A DNA stretch of 64,000 nt from contig CAVTBR010000003.1 of the NCBI GenBank assembly GCA_963733055.1, positions 384,001 to 448,000 of the forward strand, read 5' to 3'. The translations under genes and the position numbers were made by a program. Under the pieces are notes generated by a model. That model searched no databases, was not told the origin of the DNA, and worked only from the letters and a program-made list of their open reading frames with translations. Origin of the DNA: Candidatus Bathyarchaeota archaeon (GTDB taxonomy: Archaea > Thermoproteota > Bathyarchaeia > 40CM-2-53-6). Below, one piece after another: positions 1-9,937 of this stretch (position 1 is its first letter; every line of letters begins with the position of its first letter).

Positions 1-190
1 CCATCCGTGACTACGTTTCTACCTTTCACAAAACGTGTCCAAACTTCGAATCAATGGCTTTGACGCGCAGTTTCCACAAGTCTTTCCTATGCCTGAAAAC
101 AGAGAATAGAAATTCTCGTGCGTCAACAAGGCCAAGCTTCTACTTGGTAGAATCATCCTTAACCCCAAGGGTCAAGATTACTCGGGGGGG

Positions 191-415
191 TTGTTTGAAT
201 TGTCCATTAGATGTCCGGCATGCGACTTCAATAATCGCGACGAAAGCGCATTCTGTACTTGGTGTGGTTCGCAGATGACTGAAACCGTCATCGCTGTCCC
301 ACAGGTTGTAGCTGCCACGAGGCCAAGGGTGTGGCTTCCTAGGTACATTTATGCCCGCGATCCGTCCCTTGGTTACTATCCCGCTCTGGAATGGCAGCAA
401 TACGAAATGCAATGA
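191..415 (+). CDS. Small zinc-ribbon protein
   Basis: CPAC-x10-CTWCG zinc-ribbon motif; aromatic C-terminal tail. Confidence 0.65.
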   Translation: MFELSIRCPACDFNNRDESAFCTWCGSQMTETVIAVPQVVAATRPRVWLPRYIYARDPSLGYYPALEWQQYEMQ

Positions 416-735
416 TGCCGTGTGAAAGTCACCAGAGGTTTCCACATTTTTCTCACAGTTTCTTTAATCTTTGAGCTGGCCGTGACCGAAGGGTTTCAAA
501 TGCGCATCGTAATGGTCTGAGAACAGCGCCTGAAACCTCTTGATTCAATGACTGCATAGAAACTCACCCGGGGATTGGACGTGACGCGGGATGGCACACA
601 AATGAATTCACGTATGAGCGTGTCGCCGAAGACCGTACCCAAGGCGCTATCATTTCTCTATGAGATCAGACCGTTGCCCATGGCTGCAACGCTACCCGCA
701 GCTCTTCTTGGAGCCTTCAACCCAAAAAGTGATAG

Positions 736-1092
736 TTGATGATGTACACATTTGCCGTAAAAGTCATTGCGGATGAAAGAGTCCTAGGTAACTTGGGGGA
801 TTTAGCGAAGAGGCTCGGAATCACCGTATGTGCTTTGCGGGAGGACCACCAAATGTTGGACGGGTATGTGGACCCTGACGTTCTGGTTGTTGGTGTGAGA
901 ACCAGACTGGAGGATGAAAGGAACCTGCAGGACAAGATCGGATAGAAAGAATTGTGGTACTATTCTCCAGATAGAGAACGTTTGGACCAAGTTAGAAAGC
1001 GCATCTCTGATCTTCTCGAAAGAATGTTGGCGGAATTGAAAGATAATGCGACGGTGTCAGAAATTTATGAACTTACCCAAACAAACAAGTAG
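736..1092 (+). pseudogene. Hypothetical protein interrupted by an in-frame TAG (943-945)
   Basis: Frame stays open after the TAG with protein-like sequence KELWYYSPDRERLDQVRKRISDLLERMLAELKDNATVSEIYELTQTNK, up to TAG 1090-1092. Confidence 0.5.
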
Positions 1093-1287
1093 AATTCGTC
1101 TTACGACTGCAAGTGCAATCTCACCTTCCTGTGGTATACCGAAGCGCTCCATCATCAACCAGCTCGGCGTAATTACAATCCGCTGGGGCAGGCCAAGCTC
1201 CAATTTGACATACAGCCGTAATCATTTCCACTTTTACCACAAAACAACATTACTAACAGCTGCTCCCAAATCACGAACGTGATTTAA

Positions 1288-1503
1288 GTGGATCTGGAAG
1301 GAGAGGCCAGAAACTTCATTCGCGAAATTGAAGATGCGCTGAAACAAGCGGAGACAGACATCAGAAACGCCACTCAAGAATTACAGCGGCAAGCAGGTAG
1401 GAAATCGAACGAAATGCAACCGCAAGTTAAACAGGCCATTGCTCAAACCATACGCAAAACCATAACTGAGCTCGAGAAGATCGAGAATCGGCTGAGATCG
1501 TAG
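1288..1503 (+). CDS. Small helical/coiled-coil hypothetical protein
   Basis: 71 aa, E/K/Q/R/A-rich amphipathic helices; GTG start. Confidence 0.65.
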   Translation: MDLEGEARNFIREIEDALKQAETDIRNATQELQRQAGRKSNEMQPQVKQAIAQTIRKTITELEKIENRLRS

Positions 1504-1574
1504 GATCCGACCGCGAAACGTTGAGACTCAAACGGGTTTTCCACAGTCACACCGGTCGTTAAAAATTCAGTAAT

Positions 1575-1797
1575 TCATTCACGAGGGTTGAAGAGACGGG
1601 ATTTCGAGTTTGACGGATACCCGTCTTCCTCTGCATTTACATGCTCGGAATAGTGAACCGGGAAATCTCCGCAAGTGGGGCATCTCATCTTCGCGGACGT
1701 AGTTGACTCTTCAACCAGCTCCACTCTGGTTTGGGTTGCAGCTATTTTCGCGCGTTCTTGGGCGAGCTGAAGTTCTGCAGAGCGCGACCGGGCTCAT
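1575..1797 (-). CDS. Putative small CxxC-H-H zinc-finger protein (one apparent extra base near the 5' end, or alternative GTG start at 1724)
   Basis: Manual translation: ...AELQLAQERAKIAATQTRVELVEESTTSAKMRCPTCGDFPVHYSEHVNAEE...; ATG at 1797 is one base out of frame. Confidence 0.35.
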
Positions 1798-2083
1798 TTA
1801 CCTATCACACTATTTCATCCCCCAATGAGCATGTGAGGCTATTTCCACCATTTCCACCCAGCCGATTTCAAACAGACAACTCTGCAGGAATATTCGCCGA
1901 GGCAGATTAACGACGAACGAAGTCGGTGAAAGCCAGTCACGATTGAGCGATCATGATTGCTAATAGTTAGCCAGTAAACAAACCCGTTGACCGTAGAAGA
2001 TGGATACAGGTGGAAATGGTAGACCAATATCTAATAGGTCCAGAAGGCAACCCCTTCCCGTGGCCGAATCAAGGTAACCCTAA

Positions 2084-2515
2084 ATGGAAAATGAACACCC
2101 TACGGATGACCTAAGTGGATGCGTGACACCGATCCAGGTCGATGCAGGATTCCTTTTGAAGCTTGAAGGGCAGAGTGTAGTATCGCTGAAGCTGCCAAGT
2201 AAAGTTGCAAAGCAACTCTCCGGCGAAGAGATGAAGTCACAGGGAATCATATCCCGGCTGAAAGCCAGACTCAAACGGAGTTCAGAAGCGGACCGATGGC
2301 TTACGCTTACAGTTGTTGATAACCCGCTGTTGGAACACCTCGATACATTCCGCGCTTTGGTTGCTGAAGGACTCACCAGCGCAGGGGTTAGAATCGAGAA
2401 GCATGATCTCACGATCGCCGCCACGGTTCCAGTAAGCGGGGTGGAAGAGCAGTTCGACCAAACCGTACTGCAAGAAGATCAAGATGTTTTAGAGAAACAG
2501 TTTGTTGACAAGTAA
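2084..2515 (+). CDS. Hypothetical protein
   Basis: 143-aa ORF with ATG start and globular composition. Confidence 0.6.
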   Translation: MENEHPTDDLSGCVTPIQVDAGFLLKLEGQSVVSLKLPSKVAKQLSGEEMKSQGIISRLKARLKRSSEADRWLTLTVVDNPLLEHLDTFRALVAEGLTSAGVRIEKHDLTIAATVPVSGVEEQFDQTVLQEDQDVLEKQFVDK

Positions 2516-2800
2516 ACTAGAAGCTGACGCTCCTAAGCCTCGTTTTTGTATGAATGTTTACGTTCGGATTTATCACCCTTTGTTTCTGGTCGAAGGGATA
2601 GAATACATGGCAACTTTGAAACCAGCGAAAGCAGCGTCGTTATCCGCTTCCCCGTGTAATCTTTTTTCGAAAATTGCGGTCCTTTTGGCATCTAGTATGA
2701 TCAACGCCGTACGGAATACGGCTGACCGATCCGTGTCAGTGGAGTTATTCCACCAATGGCTATGGGGAAGGTAGGTTGCTAGTTGGGTTGTGAGGTGAAG

Positions 2801-2932
2801 TTGAATATGAGAACCATCAAGGTTCCTGTGTTTGAGTACCCAGCAATGGCCTACCCATACTACCCCTACCCATACGCCTTCGCTAACACCTACGGGTGGC
2901 AGTGGCCATACGCATACGGCTATTACTACTAA
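2801..2932 (+). CDS. Tyr/Pro-rich small peptide (41-43 aa)
   Basis: GAGGTGA Shine-Dalgarno at 2792-2798; TTG 2801 or ATG 2807; MRTIKVPVFEYPAMAYPYYPYPYAFANTYGWQWPYAYGYYY; pyrimidine tract downstream. Confidence 0.6.
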   Translation: MNMRTIKVPVFEYPAMAYPYYPYPYAFANTYGWQWPYAYGYYY

Positions 2933-3024
2933 ACCAAAATGCTGAACCTCACCAACCTTTCTTTCCACCTTGTAATGTGCCTTCGACTGATCGAAGACTT
3001 ATCGACTTTCACGGAACCCACGCG

Positions 3025-3264
3025 TCAACCATCTTGGACCCCGCTGTCTTGCGGCAACAACCGAATGTTGCGTAAATTCGCTTGAACTGTGGCTCGGAAG
3101 TGAGGCGAATGGAAGACGATGCAGAGGAAACTGAGTCGGACACAATGGGGGTAAATAGATGCGAAGTCTGCGGGCAGGAACTTGACACCCCGATCGCGCT
3201 GAAGGCTCACCTTGAAACCGCACATGGTGCAGCGGCCACTGGTCGGAAGAACCCACGCTAACAC
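3025..3264 (-). CDS. Hypothetical Cys/His-containing small protein
   Basis: GTG start; CTMC plus later HC/C/H residues; divergent from the 3361 ORF. Confidence 0.35.
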   Translation of the reverse strand: MLAWVLPTSGRCTMCGFKVSLQRDRGVKFLPADFASIYPHCVRLSFLCIVFHSPHFRATVQANLRNIRLLPQDSGVQDG

Positions 3265-3360
3265 ATGCTTTACGCTCAATTGACGAAGACCCGGCTCGGC
3301 TCGTCTCCACTTTTGTCGCCAAATCTTATTCGTTTCTTCGTGCCATTTCGAACGGTCACC

Positions 3361-3585
3361 ATGAAGCGCAAGACTGAATTCAAGGCAATGTTCCGACATG
3401 AACGGAAAGCATCGCCCAATCGGTTCGCGAAACAATCATTCCGAACCATACGATCGGGCAATCACCGGATCATTGTCGCTTGCCCGAAAGGAGAGTTTCA
3501 TGCTGGCCAGTGCGAGGTTGCAATGAAGATACAAGCTGTCTTGCACCCGAAAGCTGAACAGAAGAATTCTACGAATTGCCGATAA
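3361..3585 (+). CDS. Small basic hypothetical protein
   Basis: ATG 3361; FRHERKASPNRFAKQSFRTIRSGNHRIIVACPKG...C...IQAVLHPK reads as a real compact domain. Confidence 0.55.
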   Translation: MKRKTEFKAMFRHERKASPNRFAKQSFRTIRSGNHRIIVACPKGEFHAGQCEVAMKIQAVLHPKAEQKNSTNCR

Positions 3586-3735
3586 GATCAGAAATGTCGA
3601 AGAATGCTCACGAGTCGTAGAACTAGTGCGCCACTTTGTCCGTGCATTGTCTTGGTCGCCGGATATACATCCGCTAGATCATACGGTATACCAAAACTAA
3701 AGTGTGTGGTTACTACACTAGGTAATTGATTTTTC

Positions 3736-5159
3736 TTGGGCAAATCTCCCCGCGCCATTGTTAGAGATGGAAGAGTTTCTTCGGGAATTTCTGAACTGGA
3801 TAAGATTCTGGGCGGGGGATACTATGAAGGCAGCTTAATTCTTGTTTGCGGGAATCCGGGAACAGGCAAGACTATCTTCTCAACACAGTTTCTGTTCGAG
3901 GGAACCAAAGACCATGGCGAACGGAGAATGTACGTATCTTTTGCGGAAGGAGCAGAGCATTACTACCGAAACATGGCACCTCTCGGCCTAGATATGAAGA
4001 GCCTTGCTGATAAGGGACAATTCAAGTTCTTAGGACTACTCTCGATGCGCCCCAAAGCGATGCAGGAATCGCTGAACTTGATTTTTCAGGAGGTTGCCAA
4101 ATTCAAACCTCAACGACTTGTAATTGACTCAATTAGTGCAGTGTTGCAGTCTCTAGGCCAAAGTGAAACTCGAACATTCCTTCACACTGTGTTTGGGAGA
4201 ATAATCAAGGAGCAAGGAGTCACGACTCTGCTTGTTGGCGAAGTCCCATACGGCGAACCGAGGATCGGGTTTGGAATTGAAGAGTTCATCGCAGACGGCA
4301 TAATCATACTCAGGGCAAGCAAGATTGGCGCTACAGAGAGACGTGAACTGGAAATACCGAAGATGCGGGGCAGCCGAATAGAGCGAGCCACATACGAATA
4401 TCTGATTGACGAGAGATATCACGGCATAGAGTTGGTCGTGCTGCCTACACGACTACCCGCAACAGATCTGTCGAATGAGAGAATGAAAACAGGCATTGCC
4501 GGATTAGATCAAATGCTCCACGGTGGGCTACTTAGGAATACGGTGACGTTGGTAGAGGGGAACAGTGGAGTAGGAAAGACAACTCTGTGCCTACAATTCC
4601 TTGCTGCAAATGCTAGGAAGGGGAGAGAGGTCTTTACATATCTTTAGAGGAGCCTGTTGAGCAAGCAATTGCGTTGCTTGTAGGCTACGGAATAGACTAC
4701 CACAAAATCAAGAACAACTTACTGATTGAATCATTGGTTCCTGAGGCATTCACTCCTCTTCACTATTACAAATTGTTCAGAGACATCGTGGAGAGGGAGA
4801 GGATTAAGCCGAAAATGCTTGTGATAGACCCCGTAACTGCAATTCAGCATACGCTCCCCCGCGAAGAGTTCATTCCACTGATGCGCTATCTCCAACTCCT
4901 CTGCAAACAAGAAGGACTCACTGCTATGCTCACTTCAACAACTGGAACTTTGGAATTTGCTGGGGAATCTGGGATTTCAACTCTCACCGATAACATAATC
5001 GTAATGCGCTACCTTGAAGCCAAAGGCAGAATTAACAGGGAAATTGCCACTATTAAGACTCGTATGTCGCCGCATGACAATAGAATTATCCCATTCGAGA
5101 TAACAAGTAAAGGGATGACGATTCGGAATCTTACGTCGAGAGCGCCCACAGAAGTCTGA
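3736..5159 (+). CDS. Two-domain KaiC-like ATPase (frameshift at about 4621)
   Basis: Walker A motifs GNPGTGKT and GNSGVGKT. One extra G in the run at 4620-4623 gives ...RKGERGLYISLEEPVEQ... and joins ORFs 3736-4647 and 4674-5159 into about 474 aa. ISTLTD matches the KaiC ST phosphosite region. Confidence 0.85.
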
Positions 5160-5398
5160 GACAACGTGCCTGAGAGTCAAACGGTTTTGCACCGGAAGGA
5201 AGAACGAGACAATTCGCATTAAGGTGAACCCGATCCCTCCCCTAATGTCGTAAAAGAACTCAGTTCTGACCAGTCACTTACGTAATACCTGGCGCCGACG
5301 CCATTTCAGCGCCGCAGCCGTAATCAATGGGTTTTTAGTTCCTGTTCGAACACCAACCATTCCATACGAACTGAGCTGGGGCGAGACCGATGTGCAGG

Positions 5399-6841
5399 TC
5401 AAACCATCGGAGTCAATCTAAGCCTGGGTATGCCTTCCCTGACTTCACTGCTCACTGAGAGGTATGGGGTAGGCCTAGGTTTTACGACCCGCATGAATAC
5501 GCATCCGTTCCGTTCGATGAGCTTGAAGTGCCAATTTACCAGATCCAAGATTCGGTGAGTGACCTCCGAATCGGACCGGGTTGTGGCGAGGGTTAGATTG
5601 CCCAACAATATGTTCTGTGCGATCGCGTCACCGATAGCACCATACAACATGTCTTGGTGCCCATGGTAGATGTTCTCTAGGGTTGGGTAGCCTATTATTC
5701 TGAGTACGGGCTTTCCGCTGTGTTGCATTAGATCGAGGCATGTTTGGTTTAGTAGTTGTTCCGTTTTCTGTACGGGGTCATTAGCTTTGCACGATACTAC
5801 ATACGAGGGCTGATCCCCGCTGCCGAGCCAGGGAACTGTTCCGGTTCTTTCGAATATTCGTACGAGTTTATCGAATGTTTCAACCGAAATATGCCGCGTC
5901 ATCAGCTGTCTGATCTCTCCACTCGAGGCACCGAGAGTTGGCATAAACAAGACGCTACGTTGCTGGGCGAGGAAGTTCCAGGCAACAGGGAACTGGAACA
6001 GTCGAATTACTTCTATTGGCACATTCGGATCGGCCTCTAATACGATGTATCCGCCCTTTGGGTAGCCGCCTCCAAGTAGCGCATCGAGCGTTCTGCTGCC
6101 AGAGGAGAAGCACGATTCTGCGTCCTTCATGGGTTTCCAAACCTCGGGTTTGGGAATCGGTTGTGAGATTGGAGGAGCAATTATCTGAAATCCATCATCC
6201 AGTGTGAAAAATCTTGTAGATTCGTATAGCCTCACTCCTCTCATCTTCTGCATCTCCAGATTACGGAGATGCTCTGGTGAACGGCCTAAGCGGATTATAC
6301 CGTCTACGAAGAATTCTTCGATTCCATCAATCGTACTATTTTGCCCATATGGAATCTCACCCACTAACAATGTGGTGATCCGCTTCTCTTTCACGAACTT
6401 CCCGAAGATTGTATGCAGGAAGGTCCGCGTTTCGTCCGGTCCCATAGCTTGAATCATTGAGCTTAATGAGTCGAACACGACCCGCCGCGGTTTGAAAGCT
6501 AGCACCGATTGAACAATGTTGCCAATAGAATCTCGCATTCCTTTCGTGGTCATCGGAGTCGAGCTCAGAAATTTGATGAGCTTCCTTCGCTCTAGTGACT
6601 CAAAGTCGAATCCAAGGAGCTTGGCATTGCGTTTAAAATCTACGTGATCCTCGAAGAACGTTACAAATACTCCACGTTCTCTCTGTACTTTGGCACCATG
6701 GTAAAGGAACTGAGTGCAGAAAACTGTTTTGCCAGTTCCAGGATTCCCGTCAACTAGAATAGCGCTGCCCTTCGGAAAGCCACCATCCAGCAAGGAGTCT
6801 AACATCTTGCTGCCTGTCGTAACTTTGTTAGGCTGGGGCAT
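5399..6841 (-). CDS. KaiC/RAD55-like ATPase with degenerate second (GvpD-like) RecA domain
   Basis: N-domain GNPGTGKT, VVFDS, EEFFVDGII; second domain SSGSRTLDALLGGGYPKG lacks a Walker A lysine. Confidence 0.85.
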   Translation of the reverse strand: MPQPNKVTTGSKMLDSLLDGGFPKGSAILVDGNPGTGKTVFCTQFLYHGAKVQRERGVFVTFFEDHVDFKRNAKLLGFDFESLERRKLIKFLSSTPMTTKGMRDSIGNIVQSVLAFKPRRVVFDSLSSMIQAMGPDETRTFLHTIFGKFVKEKRITTLLVGEIPYGQNSTIDGIEEFFVDGIIRLGRSPEHLRNLEMQKMRGVRLYESTRFFTLDDGFQIIAPPISQPIPKPEVWKPMKDAESCFSSGSRTLDALLGGGYPKGGYIVLEADPNVPIEVIRLFQFPVAWNFLAQQRSVLFMPTLGASSGEIRQLMTRHISVETFDKLVRIFERTGTVPWLGSGDQPSYVVSCKANDPVQKTEQLLNQTCLDLMQHSGKPVLRIIGYPTLENIYHGHQDMLYGAIGDAIAQNILLGNLTLATTRSDSEVTHRILDLVNWHFKLIERNGCVFMRVVKPRPTPYLSVSSEVREGIPRLRLTPMV

Positions 6842-7283
6842 GCTTCATCATCTCCTTTGCAAGTTGAACATACTCGACCAAACCCTTACCCTCAACAGGT
6901 GAGAAGGTTAAACCCAAACTCGCGAACAGTCGCCTCGCTATCCCTCGTTGAATAGCATTGCTGTCTATACCGAACGTAACGTCAAGCGCTGAACAAAAAG
7001 ACCTCAATTTGTCATGCAAATTGGCGCGGGAGATTCTCCTCTCCTGCAAGTGAGCATAGAATGCCTCCACGACTGCCTCGCCAAGCATCTCGCTAATAGC
7101 TTCATCAACTGCCCTGGCAAGACTTGCTTCAATAAGTTCTTGATCAACTTTGGATGTGGAGGTTTGCATGCGGGAGGGGAAGCGACTGTCTTTGCCAGTT
7201 GTTCTAGGGGAAGGCAAAGCGCGCTGAGCCACCTCGCTCCGCTTGTGAGTGAGAGCCAATGTCTGCGTAAATGTCTTTTTCAT
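6828..7283 (-). CDS. DUF3227-like small helical protein (KaiC-associated output domain)
   Basis: AVDEAISEMLGE...FYAHL...FCSALDVTFG...IARRLF...LVEYV pattern; ATG directly follows the upstream TAG; overlaps the KaiC-like gene. Confidence 0.65.
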   Translation of the reverse strand: MKKTFTQTLALTHKRSEVAQRALPSPRTTGKDSRFPSRMQTSTSKVDQELIEASLARAVDEAISEMLGEAVVEAFYAHLQERRISRANLHDKLRSFCSALDVTFGIDSNAIQRGIARRLFASLGLTFSPVEGKGLVEYVQLAKEMMKHAPA

Positions 7284-9089
7284 CTAACTCTCAATCTCCA
7301 GTCTATCTTTGGCTTTCCTAAGCTCAACCTTCAGCCTAACTAAGGCGGGCGAATCATGCATTTCACGAATATGCTCGATAAGTTCCTTAAATGGGCGCGG
7401 TAAGAATATCGGACTTACTTTGGCTCCCTGGAGTGCAAATCCTGTCCGCGCGCGGCTAAGAAATATGATTATGCCCACCAGCAGTGGCGCTAAGCCGACC
7501 GAAACGAGAATAATTGGGTTAGCCGTAAGGATGGACAGCAGAAACCCAAGCTCAACAAACACAACTGGGAGAAGGTAGGGCCCGGTAAAGACAAGAAATG
7601 AGAGAAGCGCGCCAAGAATTAGCGCTGCCCAACTGTAACGTCTGACATATTCAATTGAGTTGATGCTCGAATACGGCACCTCCGTGGTTGCCCTTGATCG
7701 TCTACCCTGTTTGATGAAGATGCGTTGGTTTGTAGCTACAACCTTGCGAGCGCCATGAGACCACGTCGCGACAACTAACTCGGGTTCGGTAAGGGTTGAT
7801 CTGGCCTCGGGTGGGAGTGCAGAGAGACCGCTCTCTTTCTCAAGCTCATGGGTTAAAGCGTCGTCTAGGTCTTTGACTAGTCTGGTCATAGTGAACGCAG
7901 CAGTTCTTTCTTTGGCATTTGCGGAAAGCTTCTCCCACTTAGGAATATCATCGACCAGCTGAACAATCGCCTTAGAAGCCCCCTCAACATCATCCGGCCC
8001 CTTCACATGCAACCCATCTATTCCATTTCTCACAATCCAACTCTGACCCCCTACCCCTGACGTGATGACTGGAACTCCTTTGAACATGAATTCAAGCTGA
8101 GTGAGCCCAAGGGCCTCCATTCTGCTTAGCAGGATGTTGAGGTGCGAAATCTCAATCAACTGAGTTTTCTGTTTTTCACCGATTTCGCCAAGGTACGTAA
8201 CGTTCGATAATCGAGAAGCCCAGTCTTTCACTCCATCAGCATAATCTGAATGCCCTCTGCCCGCGATAACGAAACGAACGTCTCTCCTTTCTGCTAGCTT
8301 CTCGGCGATTTGAAGTATGGCCTTTGGGTTCTTTCGCTCTTCAATGGATCCAACGTAGGTTACAATCTTCAAATCTCGTTCGAGGCCCAAGGCTTGGTAC
8401 ACGTCTTGGCGGGCTGTAATTTCATACCTCATGAACGCGTAATCGTCGATTCCTCCTGGAAAGAGAACGCATTTCTCTGGTTTCGCCCCCAGTTTTACCT
8501 TCGAGTCCTTCTCGAACGGGGTCACTACCAAGACCAGGTTGGCTACTCGCAGGATGTTCTTCAAGGCTAGCTGATTCCAAGCTAGCCTGAACGAGCGTTC
8601 AACCAAAGAGTATCTCCGGGGTGAGGGTTCTTGGAAGTGAGACATGTGACAGAAAACCAACGGATCCGCGTATCCGCCTAGCTCTTTCACGTTCCGTCTC
8701 CAGTCAACGAATTTAGCGACGTCTTCTGGCCCATTCCACAATGTGCTGTGCGTAATGAGAACGTTGAGCTTGAACTTGTTAACGATCTGCTCTAACGTGT
8801 AGATCGAATCCTTGAACAGAACGCGTCGGGGCGGCCATCGTGAGGTTATACTCGCAACGCGAATAATTGGTATGTGAAGCTCAGCGTCATCGATCAGGAC
8901 GTACCCCTCATCGCCAAGGGAACCCTCACTAATGATCTCCTGTCCATCGTGAAAGACGCTTGTTATCAGGTAGGCCTCGTGACCCATCTTTCGGAAATAC
9001 CAGACCATCCTCTCCGCTACGAGCTCTTGCCCCTTACTGGTACTCGTCTGGTAGACTATGACCCCAATGCGTTTATTCATGGAAGACAC
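7284..9089 (-). CDS. GT4 glycosyltransferase with C-terminal PH-like and two-TM anchor
   Basis: YVGSIEERKN, SRMEALGLTQLEFMFKGVPVITSGVGG (Ex7E motif); hydrophobic C-terminal segments. Confidence 0.9.
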   Translation of the reverse strand: MSSMNKRIGVIVYQTSTSKGQELVAERMVWYFRKMGHEAYLITSVFHDGQEIISEGSLGDEGYVLIDDAELHIPIIRVASITSRWPPRRVLFKDSIYTLEQIVNKFKLNVLITHSTLWNGPEDVAKFVDWRRNVKELGGYADPLVFCHMSHFQEPSPRRYSLVERSFRLAWNQLALKNILRVANLVLVVTPFEKDSKVKLGAKPEKCVLFPGGIDDYAFMRYEITARQDVYQALGLERDLKIVTYVGSIEERKNPKAILQIAEKLAERRDVRFVIAGRGHSDYADGVKDWASRLSNVTYLGEIGEKQKTQLIEISHLNILLSRMEALGLTQLEFMFKGVPVITSGVGGQSWIVRNGIDGLHVKGPDDVEGASKAIVQLVDDIPKWEKLSANAKERTAAFTMTRLVKDLDDALTHELEKESGLSALPPEARSTLTEPELVVATWSHGARKVVATNQRIFIKQGRRSRATTEVPYSSINSIEYVRRYSWAALILGALLSFLVFTGPYLLPVVFVELGFLLSILTANPIILVSVGLAPLLVGIIIFLSRARTGFALQGAKVSPIFLPRPFKELIEHIREMHDSPALVRLKVELRKAKDRLEIES

Positions 9090-9277
9090 GAATGCGTTTC
9101 CGAGCTAGCCCTGAAATATTACATTGGGTTATGGCATATATGTTCTATTTGCCAATTCGATAGCTTCTCCTCCATTAGTCAGATTCGAGTCTCTGACTCC
9201 GAGCCTCCTCATTAATCGACTCGGTTATGCAGGTCGGATCTCATGATCCTTGCTACTCTAGTCATGATAACCTCTCG

Positions 9278-9937
9278 TTATGCAAATGCCGGGCTTGCAA
9301 CGATAAGAGAGAGGCCAATTGCAACCACCGCCAAGTCAGGCCCAATATTGGCGAACAGGTAGACCAGGCTCCCTGATACGCACGCGATGAAATAGCTCAT
9401 CACGAAATAAGTTAAGCGCCTTCTAATTAGCGGGTCGAATGTTTGCTCCTTCAGCTTGTACAGCTTCGCTAACGACCACACCAGAACGCCGATTATAACC
9501 GCCAGCCAGATGTACCTCAATATTGGGTTCGTAATGTCGCCACGCCAACCATATGGCCCAAACATTGTAGTAAAGGGATCCAGGAGATTGAGAAACATAA
9601 TGGCTGCTAGTGGGCAGATCGCGAAGAGCAGTTCGAGGGGCTTTGGCGCTCTTAGTATACGCACTGAGCTTAACACGAAGAAGAAAACGACCAACGAAAC
9701 GACTACGAACACGATCCGGTTAATCAGATTCGATAGGAGTTCCTGCTGGGATGGAAGAAACAGATTTGCGAGGGCAAGGGCTTCCCAGATCAGCAGGAGA
9801 ATGAGGCTTGACTTGTAGTACATTTTGCTGCTACTTGCTTCGCTTCCGCTTGATTGCATGGTTCTCTTGAGAATCATAAGTATTGGAACGGAAGATATGA
9901 GATAGGGAAGGGACCAGTAGAGAGGTGGCGCGGTCAT
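9278..9937 (-). CDS. Multi-pass membrane protein (possible sensor)
   Basis: About 7 hydrophobic segments; start MTAPP at 9937 overlaps the upstream TGA (ATGA coupling). Confidence 0.7.
   Translation of the reverse strand: MTAPPLYWSLPYLISSVPILMILKRTMQSSGSEASSSKMYYKSSLILLLIWEALALANLFLPSQQELLSNLINRIVFVVVSLVVFFFVLSSVRILRAPKPLELLFAICPLAAIMFLNLLDPFTTMFGPYGWRGDITNPILRYIWLAVIIGVLVWSLAKLYKLKEQTFDPLIRRRLTYFVMSYFIACVSGSLVYLFANIGPDLAVVAIGLSLIVASPAFA

Noticed and set aside
2573-2968. 131-aa minus-strand ORF
   Set aside because: Its N-terminal V/G/W-rich part is the antisense of the Tyr/Pro peptide, which has the better SD; not supported as a gene
4615-4650. Programmed frameshift in the two-domain KaiC gene
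   Set aside because: The shift lies in a short G homopolymer with no classic slippery heptamer or downstream structure; a sequencing deletion is simpler
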